Assembly: GCA_052055015.1 (NCBI GenBank)
Contig: JBQJIT010000050.1
From: Malassezia furfur
Lineage: Eukaryota
Length of the DNA: 40,803 nucleotides
Strand: one strand, 5' to 3'
In this document: positions 21,187-31,589 of the stretch, piece after piece
Layout of the letters: the number at the start of each line of letters is the position of its first letter
How positions within the stretch are numbered: position 1 is the stretch's first letter
Program-made: the position numbers and the translations under genes
The notes under the pieces: model-generated
The model's input: the letters and a program-made list of their open reading frames with translations, nothing else
Database searches by the model: none
What the model was told of the DNA's origin: nothing

Positions 21187-22167
21187 CTATGCCTTGCCGT
21201 CCGCATCGGTCTCCGAGGGGGCGACCGATGTATCTGCTGTAGCCTCATTACTGTCGTCTGGCTCATTCGTCTCCGTAGCCGACGAGGCTGCCTTTTCCTC
21301 GGTCAGCCACGCCGGTGCGCGCCACGAGCGCCCGGCTATGTTGAGGATCTCGCGCTGGCCGTGCTGCCAATGCCGCGGCTTCAGGTCTGACTTTTGCAGT
21401 GGCGCAATGGTCGGAATGACGTTGGGTATGCGGGGAAGTGGAAGCAGCGCCGGCGCGTCTTTGAGGCTAGGCATAGGCGGATACTTGAATACGGCGTCTG
21501 CCGAGTTGGGCAAGACACGGATCGTCGCCGAGACCAGCGGGACGCTTTCGATGCTCTTGCTCGCAGACGAGCTGCTCTTGGCTTTGCGGCTGGACGAACT
21601 CGAGCCGGCAAAGGACGACGGCGTGGTGGCCTGCACCGGCATCTTGTCTGGGTCGTGGCGGACGTCGGCAGTACTCAGGTCCATGTCTGGGAGCCGGTAG
21701 ACGGGTTTCTGACCCTTGGACAGCCCTTTGCGCCACCCACGACCAGGTCCTGGTGCACCACGCGTCTTGAGGCTCTTGCGCCGCTTGGCGGAAGGCAGTG
21801 CGTCGAGCTCTTCGAGGGTCAGCGACGCTGCGACAGCCGAAATCGAGTTGGGCATGAGCGCGCGGCGTGACTTGGCCGCCTTCTTTCCTGACTTGGACTC
21901 GGGTGCGGGTGACTGAGTCTGGGGCGTGTCGCTCTGCGGCGGGTCGTTGCTCGACGCGCGCTGCATCTCCACCGCTGAGTCGACGCTCGGCTGGCGGCCG
22001 GCGTCGGCGTGGGAGGGCGTGCCAGGCTCTTGGGCCACTGGTGTGCTGCGTTCGCTTGTGGCCTCGGACGGGGGCTCCGTCGGCACGGGAACCCCCTCGG
22101 TGCTCTCCAACGGGCTCTTGGAGCCGCCGTTGGGGGGCACACGTAGGCGCACCTTAAAGGAAGACAT
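21187..22167 (-). CDS. INO80 complex subunit Ies4-like
   Basis: N-terminal KVRLRV, low-complexity middle with PGPGRGWRKG, C-terminal KPRHWQHGQREILNIAGRSWRAPAW resembling the Ies4 W-x-W motif. First in-frame ATG is 22167. Confidence 0.6.
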   Translation of the reverse strand: MSSFKVRLRVPPNGGSKSPLESTEGVPVPTEPPSEATSERSTPVAQEPGTPSHADAGRQPSVDSAVEMQRASSNDPPQSDTPQTQSPAPESKSGKKAAKSRRALMPNSISAVAASLTLEELDALPSAKRRKSLKTRGAPGPGRGWRKGLSKGQKPVYRLPDMDLSTADVRHDPDKMPVQATTPSSFAGSSSSSRKAKSSSSASKSIESVPLVSATIRVLPNSADAVFKYPPMPSLKDAPALLPLPRIPNVIPTIAPLQKSDLKPRHWQHGQREILNIAGRSWRAPAWLTEEKAASSATETNEPDDSNEATADTSVAPSETDADGKA

Positions 22168-22175
22168 GCTGGGCG

Positions 22176-24050
22176 CTACGAACGATGTGGAGGCAAAGCC
22201 CGCGGCGCAAGGCCCGTCGACCGACGCACGCGGCGGCGTTTCTGGCGCGCCAGGAAGTGCGCCCTGCGCGCGCTGCGGTGGTCGGCGCGATGGGAAAACG
22301 CAGCGGCGAGCTCTACAAGGAGAGCACCGTGGATGGCGCTTGGGGTATCCGTGAGGGTATGAAGCATCCTTCCTTCCGGAAGCATCAACTGAGCCATGCG
22401 TCGCAAAGCGCGAGAATCCAGATTTTCGCCCCACTGCACGGCCGCGCGGATCAGCAGCAAGAGGGTCGTGCGGTTGGGGCGCGCATGCAGCGCAGGGATC
22501 AGCTGCGAGATCGCGTCGACGAGTGGGTCGAGTGTCTCAGAGTGCGACGTCATGTAAGGCAGCCGCCGCGCACTGTGCACCGGCACGGGTCGTAGCACGG
22601 CACGGTATAGATACGAGAGTAGGTGGCGCCGCTGCTCGGGCGTTGATGTGCGCGTGCGCGGCGTCAGGACCAGGCCGGCGACGAGCGTGTTCAGCCACGC
22701 GGTGGCTTTTGGCGGCGGCCCATCCCGCCGGAGACACCGGCGCGCATAGCGCACCGCTAGACTCCAGCGGCCGGCGCGCATGAGTGCACGCAGTGTATAC
22801 AGGCATGCGGCTGCACGCGTCGTGGCGTCATCTTGGCACAGGTGTCGCACAAGTCGCTCGTCGCGCAGCGCATGCAGCGCGCGCGCTTTTTTGGCATGCG
22901 ACGCGAGCCGTGCGAGGTACGCTGGCGCACGGGGGGGTGCCAGGTGCGTCACCGTGCACAGCTCATGCCACAGGCGGGTATCGGGGGTTTGGAGGGGCTC
23001 ATTGACGCGTCCATGCAGGTCGAGCATCGCATGAGCATAGTGGCCGACGAGCGCAGGGTACATTCCGGGTGTGCGCCAAGCGACCGGCAAGGTCTGGACA
23101 AACGCATATGCCTCGGCATGCATGCTTTCGCGGCAGAGCTGCTGCGTGATCTCGGTAAGCGCATGGGGGTCCATGTCGGGGACATGCGTCTGTGCCAGGA
23201 CACGTGTCCATCGGAGGAGCGTCGGATGCATGTGCAGCGCAGCGAGCTGGTGCAGCATGCTAGCCGCCACGGACCCACGCAGCGCTTGCGGCGGGCGCGC
23301 CTCGATGGCTGCGCAGGCGTGTCGCAGTGCCGCCCGTGCCGATTGCTGTGGATCAACGGCGAGCGGCGGCAAGGTGCGAAGCCGCGCGGTGTGGACCAGC
23401 AGCATCGCCAACAGATGCTTAGGTTGGGCTGGGCGCAGCCGATGGTCGTGCAACACGCATGCGGCGGCATGCAGTCTTCGTGCCTCAACTTGCGCGCGAA
23501 AGAGGCGGTACAATGCAGCGCGCTGGAAGCGGCGCAGCTCGTGCGCCGCGTCGGGCGGAACGTAGTGCAATGCGGTGTCGAAGGCGTCGTTGGGGTACCA
23601 TGCTGCACTGATGCGCGACAAAGATAGGAGGCGCTGCGACACAATGCGTGCTAGGAGCATGCACTGGAGCTCCTCGCGGCGTGCAGGACCGTCTGGGCCA
23701 TCAAGCTGGGCGAATGCCGGCGCGGCTGCCTCGGTTGCGGAGCGGAGGCCCTTTCCTGCGGCCAATTGCTGCACCGCTTGGTGAACAAATAGCGTCTGAA
23801 CTGTAGGTGGCAGTGTTAAGGCCCACAGCGTGGTCGCTGGCGTGTGCAGCGCTGGCTCCGCGCGTGTCACCGGCGCGTCAGATGTCGGAAGCTGCATGCG
23901 CGGCGGCAGTGAATGATGCACTGCGCGCGCCGCGGGCGGCAGCCATGGAATCCGAGTTTGGACAACACTACGCCGCCCCCACCGCGCAAGCCCAGCGGCG
24001 TGCTGGGCCCTGCGCGAATTGTACGCGACCCACGGCGCCCACGCACGCAT
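22176..24050 (-). CDS. Hypothetical 624-aa Leu/Ala/Arg-rich helical protein, possibly mitochondrial (PPR-like?)
   Basis: Long ORF filling the interval; basic N-terminus lacking acidic residues. No clear motif. Confidence 0.6.
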   Translation of the reverse strand: MRAWAPWVAYNSRRAQHAAGLARWGRRSVVQTRIPWLPPAARAVHHSLPPRMQLPTSDAPVTRAEPALHTPATTLWALTLPPTVQTLFVHQAVQQLAAGKGLRSATEAAAPAFAQLDGPDGPARREELQCMLLARIVSQRLLSLSRISAAWYPNDAFDTALHYVPPDAAHELRRFQRAALYRLFRAQVEARRLHAAACVLHDHRLRPAQPKHLLAMLLVHTARLRTLPPLAVDPQQSARAALRHACAAIEARPPQALRGSVAASMLHQLAALHMHPTLLRWTRVLAQTHVPDMDPHALTEITQQLCRESMHAEAYAFVQTLPVAWRTPGMYPALVGHYAHAMLDLHGRVNEPLQTPDTRLWHELCTVTHLAPPRAPAYLARLASHAKKARALHALRDERLVRHLCQDDATTRAAACLYTLRALMRAGRWSLAVRYARRCLRRDGPPPKATAWLNTLVAGLVLTPRTRTSTPEQRRHLLSYLYRAVLRPVPVHSARRLPYMTSHSETLDPLVDAISQLIPALHARPNRTTLLLLIRAAVQWGENLDSRALRRMAQLMLPEGRMLHTLTDTPSAIHGALLVELAAAFSHRADHRSARRAHFLARQKRRRVRRSTGLAPRALPPHRS

Positions 24051-24084
24051 GCCCTGGCATACGATGTCGTCGTCTGTGCGTAGC

Positions 24085-24111
24085 CACGTGGCAGGAAGGA
24101 AAGGTCACGTG
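24085..24111. promoter_or_regulatory. Paired CACGTG boxes in the divergent promoter of RPP0 and the 624-aa gene
   Basis: CACGTG at 24085-24090 and 24106-24111. Confidence 0.5.
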
Positions 24112-24261
24112 TCAATTATAGTTGCGCGAAGAAAACGACCTGGCCGCGGCGGGCAGAGCATCTCTCCATCCCTTTAAATTTTCCTTTCAACCCGTGAAGC
24201 GAGGTGCTAGGAAGGGCCACATAACCACTACAAACCGTCTAACCAACCAAGAAAACTAACA

Positions 24262-25200
24262 ATGGGTGTTACTCGTGCTTCGAAGGAGGCCTGGTTCGCG
24301 AAGCTCAGTGAGCTGATTGACGCTTACTCGTCGATCTTCATCGTGAACATTGACAACGTCAGCTCGCAGCAGATGCACCAGATCCGTGCGTCGCTGCGTG
24401 GCGAGGGTGTCGTGCTCATGGGCAAGAACACCATGGTCCGCCGTGCGCTGCGCATGGTGATCGCGGAGCGCCCTGAGCTCGAGAAGCTGGTGCCGTTCAT
24501 CCGCGGCAACATTGGCTTCGTGTTCACCAACGGTGACCTGAAGGACATCCGCACCAAGATCCTGGACAACCGTGTGCGTGCTCCCGCGCGTGCCGGTGCG
24601 TACGCCCCGGGTGACATTTACGTGTCGGCCGGCAACACGGGTATGGAGCCCGGCAAGACCTCGTTCTTCCAGGCCCTTGGTGTGCCCACCAAGATTGCCC
24701 GTGGTACGATCGAGATTGTCTCGGACGTCAAGGTCGTGGAGGCCGGCAACCGTGTCGGTACCTCGGAGGCCACCCTGCTTAACTTGCTCAACATCTCGCC
24801 GTTCACCTACGGTATGACTGTTGTGCAGATCTACGACAAGGGCGAGGTCTTCGAGTCGAGCGTCCTGGACGTCAGCGAGGACGAGCTGATCGGCCGTTTC
24901 ATGACCGGTATCAAGCAGGTCGCCTCGATCTCGCTTGCGATCAACTTCCCCACGATCGTGTCGGTGCTGCACTCGCTTGTCAACTCCTACAAGAACGTGC
25001 TCGCCGTGTCGATCGCCACCGACTACACGTTCGAGGGCTCGGAGCAGATCAAGGAGCGCATTGCCAACCCCGAGGCGTTCGCTGCTGCTGCCCCTGCCGC
25101 TGCTGCCAGCAGCGCTCCGGCTGCCGAGGCCGCCAAGGAGGAGGCTCCCAAGGAGGAGGAGGAGTCCGACGAGGACATGGGCTTCGGTCTGTTCGACTAA
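24262..25200 (+). CDS. RPP0: 60S acidic ribosomal protein P0 (uL10)
   Basis: [39 protein letters not shown] and C-terminal [13 protein letters not shown]; strong codon bias. Confidence 0.98.
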   Translation: MGVTRASKEAWFAKLSELIDAYSSIFIVNIDNVSSQQMHQIRASLRGEGVVLMGKNTMVRRALRMVIAERPELEKLVPFIRGNIGFVFTNGDLKDIRTKILDNRVRAPARAGAYAPGDIYVSAGNTGMEPGKTSFFQALGVPTKIARGTIEIVSDVKVVEAGNRVGTSEATLLNLLNISPFTYGMTVVQIYDKGEVFESSVLDVSEDELIGRFMTGIKQVASISLAINFPTIVSVLHSLVNSYKNVLAVSIATDYTFEGSEQIKERIANPEAFAAAAPAAAASSAPAAEAAKEEAPKEEEESDEDMGFGLFD

Positions 25201-25382
25201 GCGCATCCGCGTATTGTAGGTTGCTAGCCACTACGTCCCATTTGGGCCTCATTTAAGGTTTTGCCGAATGCCGCAAGGCACGCGGTCATCGCGTGCCGTA
25301 CGGCCGGGACAGCGCGTGTGGCGCATCCGTCGGCATGCGGCACACATACTGGTGCTATCGTAAACATATCCTGGTACTAGTA

Positions 25383-25939
25383 TTACAAGACCAAAGCACC
25401 ACCAACCACCGCCACGGCCACGGCAACGAAGAGGGGAGCGGCCTGGCGCATGCTGGCGCCGTTGCTGACGCCGTTGCCGCTGGAGTTCACCACAGAGGTG
25501 GTGATCTCGCGACCACCCGACTTGGTAACAGATTCGAGTACGACCGAAGTTGGGGCGGGTGCGGCGGTCGTCGAGCCTTGGAAGGGGCTCGAGGCGTACG
25601 CTTCGCTGGCGCCGGCGGCGGCGAGCGAGTTGACGTAGGAGCTGCTTGCGGCTGCACCGGTAATATCCGGCACGCTGTGCGACGAAGGGGAAACGACCGG
25701 TGAGTACTGCGTCTCTGTCTTGTAGGTATTGGCGCCCGTAGTGCTAAGGGGTCAGGAGAGCGTCCAACGTACCAGTCGCCGAATTGGACGCAAGCCGACA
25801 CGCCGTTCGAAGATGCCGTAGGTTTCGACACGGGCGCCATGGACGATGGTGCCGACGACGTCGAAGACTGTGCGTGGACAGCGCTTGCGAGTGCGACGAC
25901 CACCGCGGCGACGTACGCGGCCCACGTCGTTTGCACCAT
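25383..25939 (-). CDS. Small secreted Ser/Thr-rich, probably GPI-anchored surface protein; intron 25744-25772
   Basis: Signal peptide MVQTTWAAYVAAVVVALASAVHA-Q, CVQFGDC after splicing, Ser/Thr-rich body, and SNGA followed by a hydrophobic tail PLFVAVAVAVVGGALVL*. Confidence 0.78.
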
Positions 25940-26197
25940 GCCGTGTGGAGTCGATCGCGACGTGCGGGGGTACGCGTGAGAACGTTGGGGCAGCACCGCG
26001 CGCCACGTGATGCCTATGGATTTGCTGACACACGCTGACCCATCGGGCGCGCAAACCCGGGCGTGTTCGGCCGCGGACCGAACAGGGCAGCGTGCGAGGG
26101 AATTCCCGCGTATCTGACAGGTCCGTGGTGGTGCATGCGCACGGCCCACGGGCTTCCCGAGGGCGGGCGCGGTGGGTTTCGTTCCTGACACCCAACC

Positions 26198-27910
26198 ATG
26201 CCCCTTTCGCTGCATATTGATCCTGAGCAACTCGTCGAGGAGGCCGAAGACGATGCTGGCCGTGTATTGCGGCTCGCGCGTGGCGGCGGCGGCCCGTCGA
26301 CCGTGACGTCGGCGCACGCCGGGCGCTACGAGACGCAGCTCGTGCCCAAGTACAGCATCCCTGAGCATGGTTTGTCGGAGGAGGCGACGTACCAGCTGCT
26401 CAAGAACGAGCTGCTGCTTGACGGAAAGCCGGGATTGAACCTCGCCTCGTTTGTGCATACGTGGATGCCTGAACGTGCACACCAGCTGATGAGCGAGTCG
26501 ATTGGCATCAACATGTGTGACCAGGACGAGTATCCTGCGACGATGGCGATCCACGCGCGCTGTGTGAGCTCGATTGCGACGCTGTGGAAGGCACCCAAGG
26601 TGAAACAGCAGGATGGGCGTGCGCGCGCGGCGATGGGCACGGCAACGACCGGCTCGTCGGAGGCCATCATGCTTGGTCTGCTGGCGGCCAAGCGCCGCTG
26701 GCAGAATAAGCGAAAGGCGCAGGGCAAGTCGATCCACGAGCCGGGCCCCAACCTCGTGTTTGGTGCCAACGTGCAGGTGGCTATTGAAAAGTTTGCGCGC
26801 TACTGGGACATCGAGGAGCGCCCCGTTGATATTGACGAGTCGACGCACTACTGCCTCGACGCGAAGCGCGCGCTCGAAAAGGTCGACGAGAACACGATCG
26901 CAGTCGTGGTAATCCTCGGTTCGACGTACACGGGCCACTACGAGCCCGTCGAGGAGGTCGCGAAGGAGCTCGACGCGCTGCAGGAGCGCACGGGCATCGA
27001 TGTGCCGATCCACGTCGACGGTGCTTCCGGCGGTATGGTGGCGCCCTTCGCGACGCCCGACCTGCGCTGGTCGTTTGAGCTGGAGCGCGTCAAGTCGATC
27101 AACACGTCCGGGCACAAGTTCGGTATGGTGTACCCCGGTGTGGGGTGGATCGTGTTCCGCTCCGCGGACGAAGTGCCCGACGACCTCGTGTTTGAGCTGC
27201 ACTACCTCGGCTCGGTTGAGTACTCGTTCGGCTTGAACTTTTCGCGGCCTGCGGCGCCAATCCTTGGGCAGATGTTCAACTTTATCAGCCTTGGCCGCGA
27301 GGGCTTCCGCAAGGCGATGCAGGCCAACCTGCAGAACGCGCGCCTCCTCTCGCGTTCGCTTGAACTGAGCGGCGACTTCCTTGTGCTGTCCGACATCCAC
27401 CGCCCGGCAAGCAAGGTCGCCGAGGCCGCGCTCAAGACGCACGCCGCCAACGTGCACGACGCCAAGTACTACGTCCCCGGCCTGCCTGTCGTTGCATTCA
27501 GGTGGACGGACGAGTTCAAGCAGAAGCACCCGCAGCTGGAGCAGCGCTGGGTGCAGGTGCTGCTGCGCGCCAAGGGCTGGATCGTGCCCAACTACGAGCT
27601 GCCGCCGACGCTGCAAAACGTGCAGATCTTGCGTGTGGTTGTGCGTGACAGCATGACGGCCGACATGATCGAGCAGCTCGTGCGTGACATTCTACACATC
27701 ACGAGCCAGCTCGCGGCTGACCCGTCGTCGGTGCCCAAGCACCTTGCAGACGCCTCGCCCAACGTCGACTCGGGCGACGACAAGGCGCAAGCCTCGTCGA
27801 GCAGCGGTCGCGGGCGCCATGTTCCGGGCCTAACTCGCATGTCCGACGCGTACCACGGCCGCCCGGTGAGCAAGGGCGCCAAGGGCCACGGCTACTCGGG
27901 CCAGTGCTAA
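26198..27910 (+). CDS. GAD1: Glutamate decarboxylase (PLP-dependent)
   Basis: NLASFVHTWM, DQDEYP, TGSSEAIMLG, IHVDGASGG, PLP lysine in SINTSGHKFG, NFSRP. Confidence 0.96.
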   Translation: MPLSLHIDPEQLVEEAEDDAGRVLRLARGGGGPSTVTSAHAGRYETQLVPKYSIPEHGLSEEATYQLLKNELLLDGKPGLNLASFVHTWMPERAHQLMSESIGINMCDQDEYPATMAIHARCVSSIATLWKAPKVKQQDGRARAAMGTATTGSSEAIMLGLLAAKRRWQNKRKAQGKSIHEPGPNLVFGANVQVAIEKFARYWDIEERPVDIDESTHYCLDAKRALEKVDENTIAVVVILGSTYTGHYEPVEEVAKELDALQERTGIDVPIHVDGASGGMVAPFATPDLRWSFELERVKSINTSGHKFGMVYPGVGWIVFRSADEVPDDLVFELHYLGSVEYSFGLNFSRPAAPILGQMFNFISLGREGFRKAMQANLQNARLLSRSLELSGDFLVLSDIHRPASKVAEAALKTHAANVHDAKYYVPGLPVVAFRWTDEFKQKHPQLEQRWVQVLLRAKGWIVPNYELPPTLQNVQILRVVVRDSMTADMIEQLVRDILHITSQLAADPSSVPKHLADASPNVDSGDDKAQASSSSGRGRHVPGLTRMSDAYHGRPVSKGAKGHGYSGQC

Positions 27911-27919
27911 GTAGCTACG

Positions 27920-28973
27920 TCATAGCGGGCCGCGCACGTCGGCCACCACCGGCAAGTGATCACTCGCGCCGTAGATCGTGTGCCGGATCTCACACGCGGT
28001 GATGCGTGGCAGTGCACGCGCGTTGGCGATGAATGTGTCGATGCGCCAGCCTGCGCCGCGTACCCGGCAGTTGCCGCGCCACCCATAGTACGTGTACTCG
28101 CCAACGGCGTCGGGATGCAGCACGCGCCAGGCGTCCTGCATTTCTGTCGCACCCAGCACGCGGCGGTGAGCGTCGCACTCGGCCTCGGTGTAACCGGCCG
28201 ACTTGTTCCACTTCTTGGACGCGCCCGCGAGGTCGCGGTCGTCCCAGACGACGTTCAGGTCGCCGCACCAGATCAGGTCGCGGTCCGCGTAGGTCTGGAG
28301 GTGCTTCTCCAGCGCATCGTTCCAGCGCATCTTGTTATCGAGCGTCTTGAGCTGGTCGCCGGCATTCACCGCGTACGTGCCCACCACAACCGTGTGAGGG
28401 AACACGACGGTGATCATGCGCGCGCGCGAGCTGGGGTCGTGGAAGCCGGGCAAGCCGTAGTGAACCTCGCTCGGCTTGATCTTTGAGAGGACCGCTACGC
28501 CAGCGTACCCCTTCTTCTCGCCGATGCCCCAGTACTGGTGCGCATAGGTCGCATCAAGGCCCGCGTGCGCCGGCGGCGCGTTCACCTGCGTCAGGATGGC
28601 CACACACCTTGGTCTCGCTCAAGATCAGCACGTCGGGGTCCTCGGCCTTGACGTAGCGCATCAGGCCCTTGGCATCGGATGATTTGAGCGACGTAATGTT
28701 CCAAATCACCATGCGCACATCGCCCTCTTGTGGACGCGCAAACGACAGCGCGCCCTTGGGCAGCTCCTTGTTGCGCGGCACCCAGTCGGGCGCGACGTGG
28801 TCGACGCCCGTCGGCGCCGCAGGCGAGCGCGGCGCATCGTTCGCCGCATCTGATTTGGGTGAGGCGCGAGCACGCTTCGGCGCGCTGCTTGCATTTGTGC
28901 TCGCTGCCGTGCTGGCCGCGCGTTTCGTCATCCCCACCGAAGCACGCGAAACGAGGCGCGCGGTGCGAAGCAT
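27920..28973 (-). CDS. Exonuclease III/APE1-family AP endonuclease; intron 28586-28607
   Basis: WNI, DPDVLILSETK, GYAGVA, WCGDLNV, YTYY, GWRID, SDHLPV. The 22-nt intron links ORF 28554..28973 to ORF 27920..28603. Confidence 0.9.
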
Positions 28974-29023
28974 GCAGCGCGCGGTGCTGACTAACCCATT
29001 TACGCGACGCGTCCACCTTCACG

Positions 29024-30073
29024 ATGTTCGCGGAGCGCGCGTCGCAGCGCTCGTACGCGATGGACGACGACGCGGACGATCTTGAGGCCTTGCTTGCTGC
29101 CGAGGAGGAGATTGCGGGCGAGTGGGCGCGGCCGCGCGCGTTTGACGATGAGCCCGCGCACGATCCGCAGGACGTGCTATTCCTCGGCCTGGACGACGAC
29201 GAGGAAGAGACCAGCGCAATGGACGTTGATGACGCTGCACCGGCAGCGACAGCGGACGAGCGCAAGGACACGGGCAAGGTATCACAGCCCGAGTCGGTGC
29301 CGCATGGACGACCGGCGCCACGCACGGCGCCCTCGGCCCCCACCTTCCAACTCTACGCACCGGCCCCTCATACCCCTGCGGCGCCCCGCGCGGTGCCTGA
29401 CGCATCCCACATACCCAAGTACATTCCTGCGGAGCCAGCATATGCAACGACGCTCGATGGGCGTCCCATAACGATCCCACGCCGTCGGCGCACGCGTGGA
29501 TGGACGGTACGTTGCGTACTGACCCAGCCGCCCGCACCCATACGCACAGCAACGCACGAGCTGCTTGGCGAGCCGATCGGCCGGTTGATGGAGCGCGTGC
29601 ACAACCCTCCCCCGCCAGCCCCGCGTGTGCGGGCGCGCCGCGCATCCGACGTGATGTGGGCCGAAAAGTACCGTCCGCGCAAGTTCACCGAGTTGCTCGG
29701 CGACGACCGCGTGCATCGTGACGCGCTGCGCTGGGTCAAAGAGTGGGACGCATGTGTGTTTGGTCGTGCAGTTCCTGCGCCACGCAAGCGCGCGCTCAAT
29801 GCGGATGCTGATGAGCCCGGTCCGCCGCCTGACCCCTTCCAGCGCCCCGCCGAGCGTGTCCTGCTGATTTCCGGCCCAACAGGGCTGGGAAAGACGACGT
29901 TGGCGCATGTTGTTGCGGCACAAGCCGGCTACCGTGTCTACGAGCTAAATGCATCCGACGCACGCACCGCCGCCGACGTCGAGCAGCGCGTGCGCGTCGC
30001 GCTCGAGTCCGATAGTCTGCGTGGCGGGGGCCGTCCGACGCTCGTGGTCATCGACGAGATCGACGGTGCGACA

Positions 30074-30108
<35 letters not shown>

Positions 30109-31585
30109 TGCACTGGGCACCGCGGGCTTTGTGCGTGCGCTTGTGCGGCTCGTGGAGCGCGGCAAGGGCGACGGCAAGCGGCGCGCCTCGGACGCGCCTG
30201 GCGTGCGCCGCAAGAAGGGCCCGCCGCCTGTGCTGCGCCCGATTGTATGCGTGTGCAATGATCTGTATGCGCCTGCGCTGCGACCCCTGCGACCCTGGAG
30301 TAAGATTCTGCGCTTCCACCGCCCGCCAACGCCTGCGATTGCGCGGCGCCTGTCGCAGATCTGTGCGGCGGAGCAACTGCGTGCCGACACGCGCAGTTTG
30401 TCGCTGCTGTGTGAGTTAACGCACGGCGATTTGCGTGCATGCCTGCACGCGCTCGAGATGCTGCACACGCGCGACGCGCCCGTCACGGACGACGCCATCA
30501 CACAGTCGACGATCGGCATCAAGGACAGTGTCGTATCGCAGCAGCGACTGTTTGCGCAGCTCTTCTGCCAGGTGGATGCGACGCCGGCTGCTTTCCACGC
30601 GCGGCGCTCACGGCAGAGCAAGGCGATGCCCGCGGACCGCATGCGGGCGCTCGTGCACGAGATGACGGGATACGGCGAATACGACCGGCTGGCGCAGGGG
30701 TGCTTTGAGCACTACTTGCGTCTGCGTCTGCCTGACCAGGGGTGGCAGCGGTATGCGTCCGCGCACGACTGGCTGCACTTTGCGCAGAGCATGACTCACC
30801 GCGCGTATGGCGGCGGCGGCAATGGGCCTGCGTACGAGCTATTTGCCTTTTTGCCGTGGGCGTTTGTGCCGTGGCACCTGCTCTTTGCCAATTTGGCGAA
30901 CCCGCTGCCGGAGCAGCTGCCGCGCACGGACTACGACAACCATGTGCGTCTCACCGAGACGCACGAGCTGGTCGCGACGCTGCGTGCGCACCTTCCGTCG
31001 AGCACGCAGCCGTTCTACTCGCGTGCGGCGATCGCCACCGAGCTTGGTCCTGCGCTTGTCAAGATCCTGAGCCCCGATTTGAAGCGCGTACGTTCTTCCC
31101 CACTGACGCAGCCCGCGCCACAGACCAGCGCCGAGGCGCAGCACGCGATGCACGCGCTTGTCGACACGATGCTCTCGCTGTCGCTTACGTTTGCACCCGA
31201 CCGCACCGAAGAGGGCGCCCTCGTATGGCGCCTGCATCCCCCGCTCGATCGCTTTGGCACGTACGGTAGCGAAACGCGGTGCGACGTCGGCCCTGCGCGG
31301 CACGGCGTGCGGCAGCAGGTGCAGCGCGAGCTCGAGCGCGAGGCGGCGCGCCGGCGCCCCACGGATGCGCCCGAGCGCAGTAAGCAAGCGGCGCGTGCGG
31401 GCGCCGCCGATGCACCCGCGCGCACGTTGGTGACGTACGACTTCTTTGGGCGCCCCGTGGCGCCGGCGCCTGCGACGCAGCCTGCGGCGTCCGACGCGCG
31501 CCCCGAGCTGCGCGTCTTTTTCCGCTACCACGAGGGCTACTCGAATGCGGTGCGCAAGACGATCCGGCTGTCTGCGCTGCTATAG
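29024..31585 (+). CDS. CTF18: Chromosome transmission fidelity protein 18 (alternative RFC large subunit); probable in-frame introns 29507-29527 and 31088-31111
   Basis: WAEKYRPRKFTELLGD, Walker A GPTGLGKT, ELNASD, Walker B IDEIDG, RPIVCVCNDLYAPALRPLR, C-terminal RYHEGYSNAVRK. Alternative start at 29060. Confidence 0.95.
30074..30106 (+). repeat. (GGC)11 microsatellite encoding poly-Gly in CTF18
   Basis: Eleven perfect GGC units just after the Walker B motif DEIDGAT. Confidence 0.95.
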
Positions 31586-31589
31586 GTAT

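Noticed and set aside
21138..21390. Cryptic PTS1 (..PRLSKL) in the intron-retained frame of the enoyl-CoA isomerase
   Set aside because: SKL is not followed by a stop. The spliced end (ASV*) and its readthrough extension give no canonical PTS1 either.
17854..22167. Functional cluster of chromatin genes (SAS4-like, SWD2, Ies4-like)
   Set aside because: Different complexes, interrupted by a lipid enzyme; easily chance in a gene-dense genome.
24256..25206. 316-aa ORF exactly antisense to RPP0
   Set aside because: Codon-register mirror of a highly biased gene; not evidence of a second protein.
25940..27616. Upstream part of the 709-aa minus-strand ORF
   Set aside because: Antisense shadow of GAD1. 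Only 25939-25773 is plausibly coding, as the signal-peptide exon.
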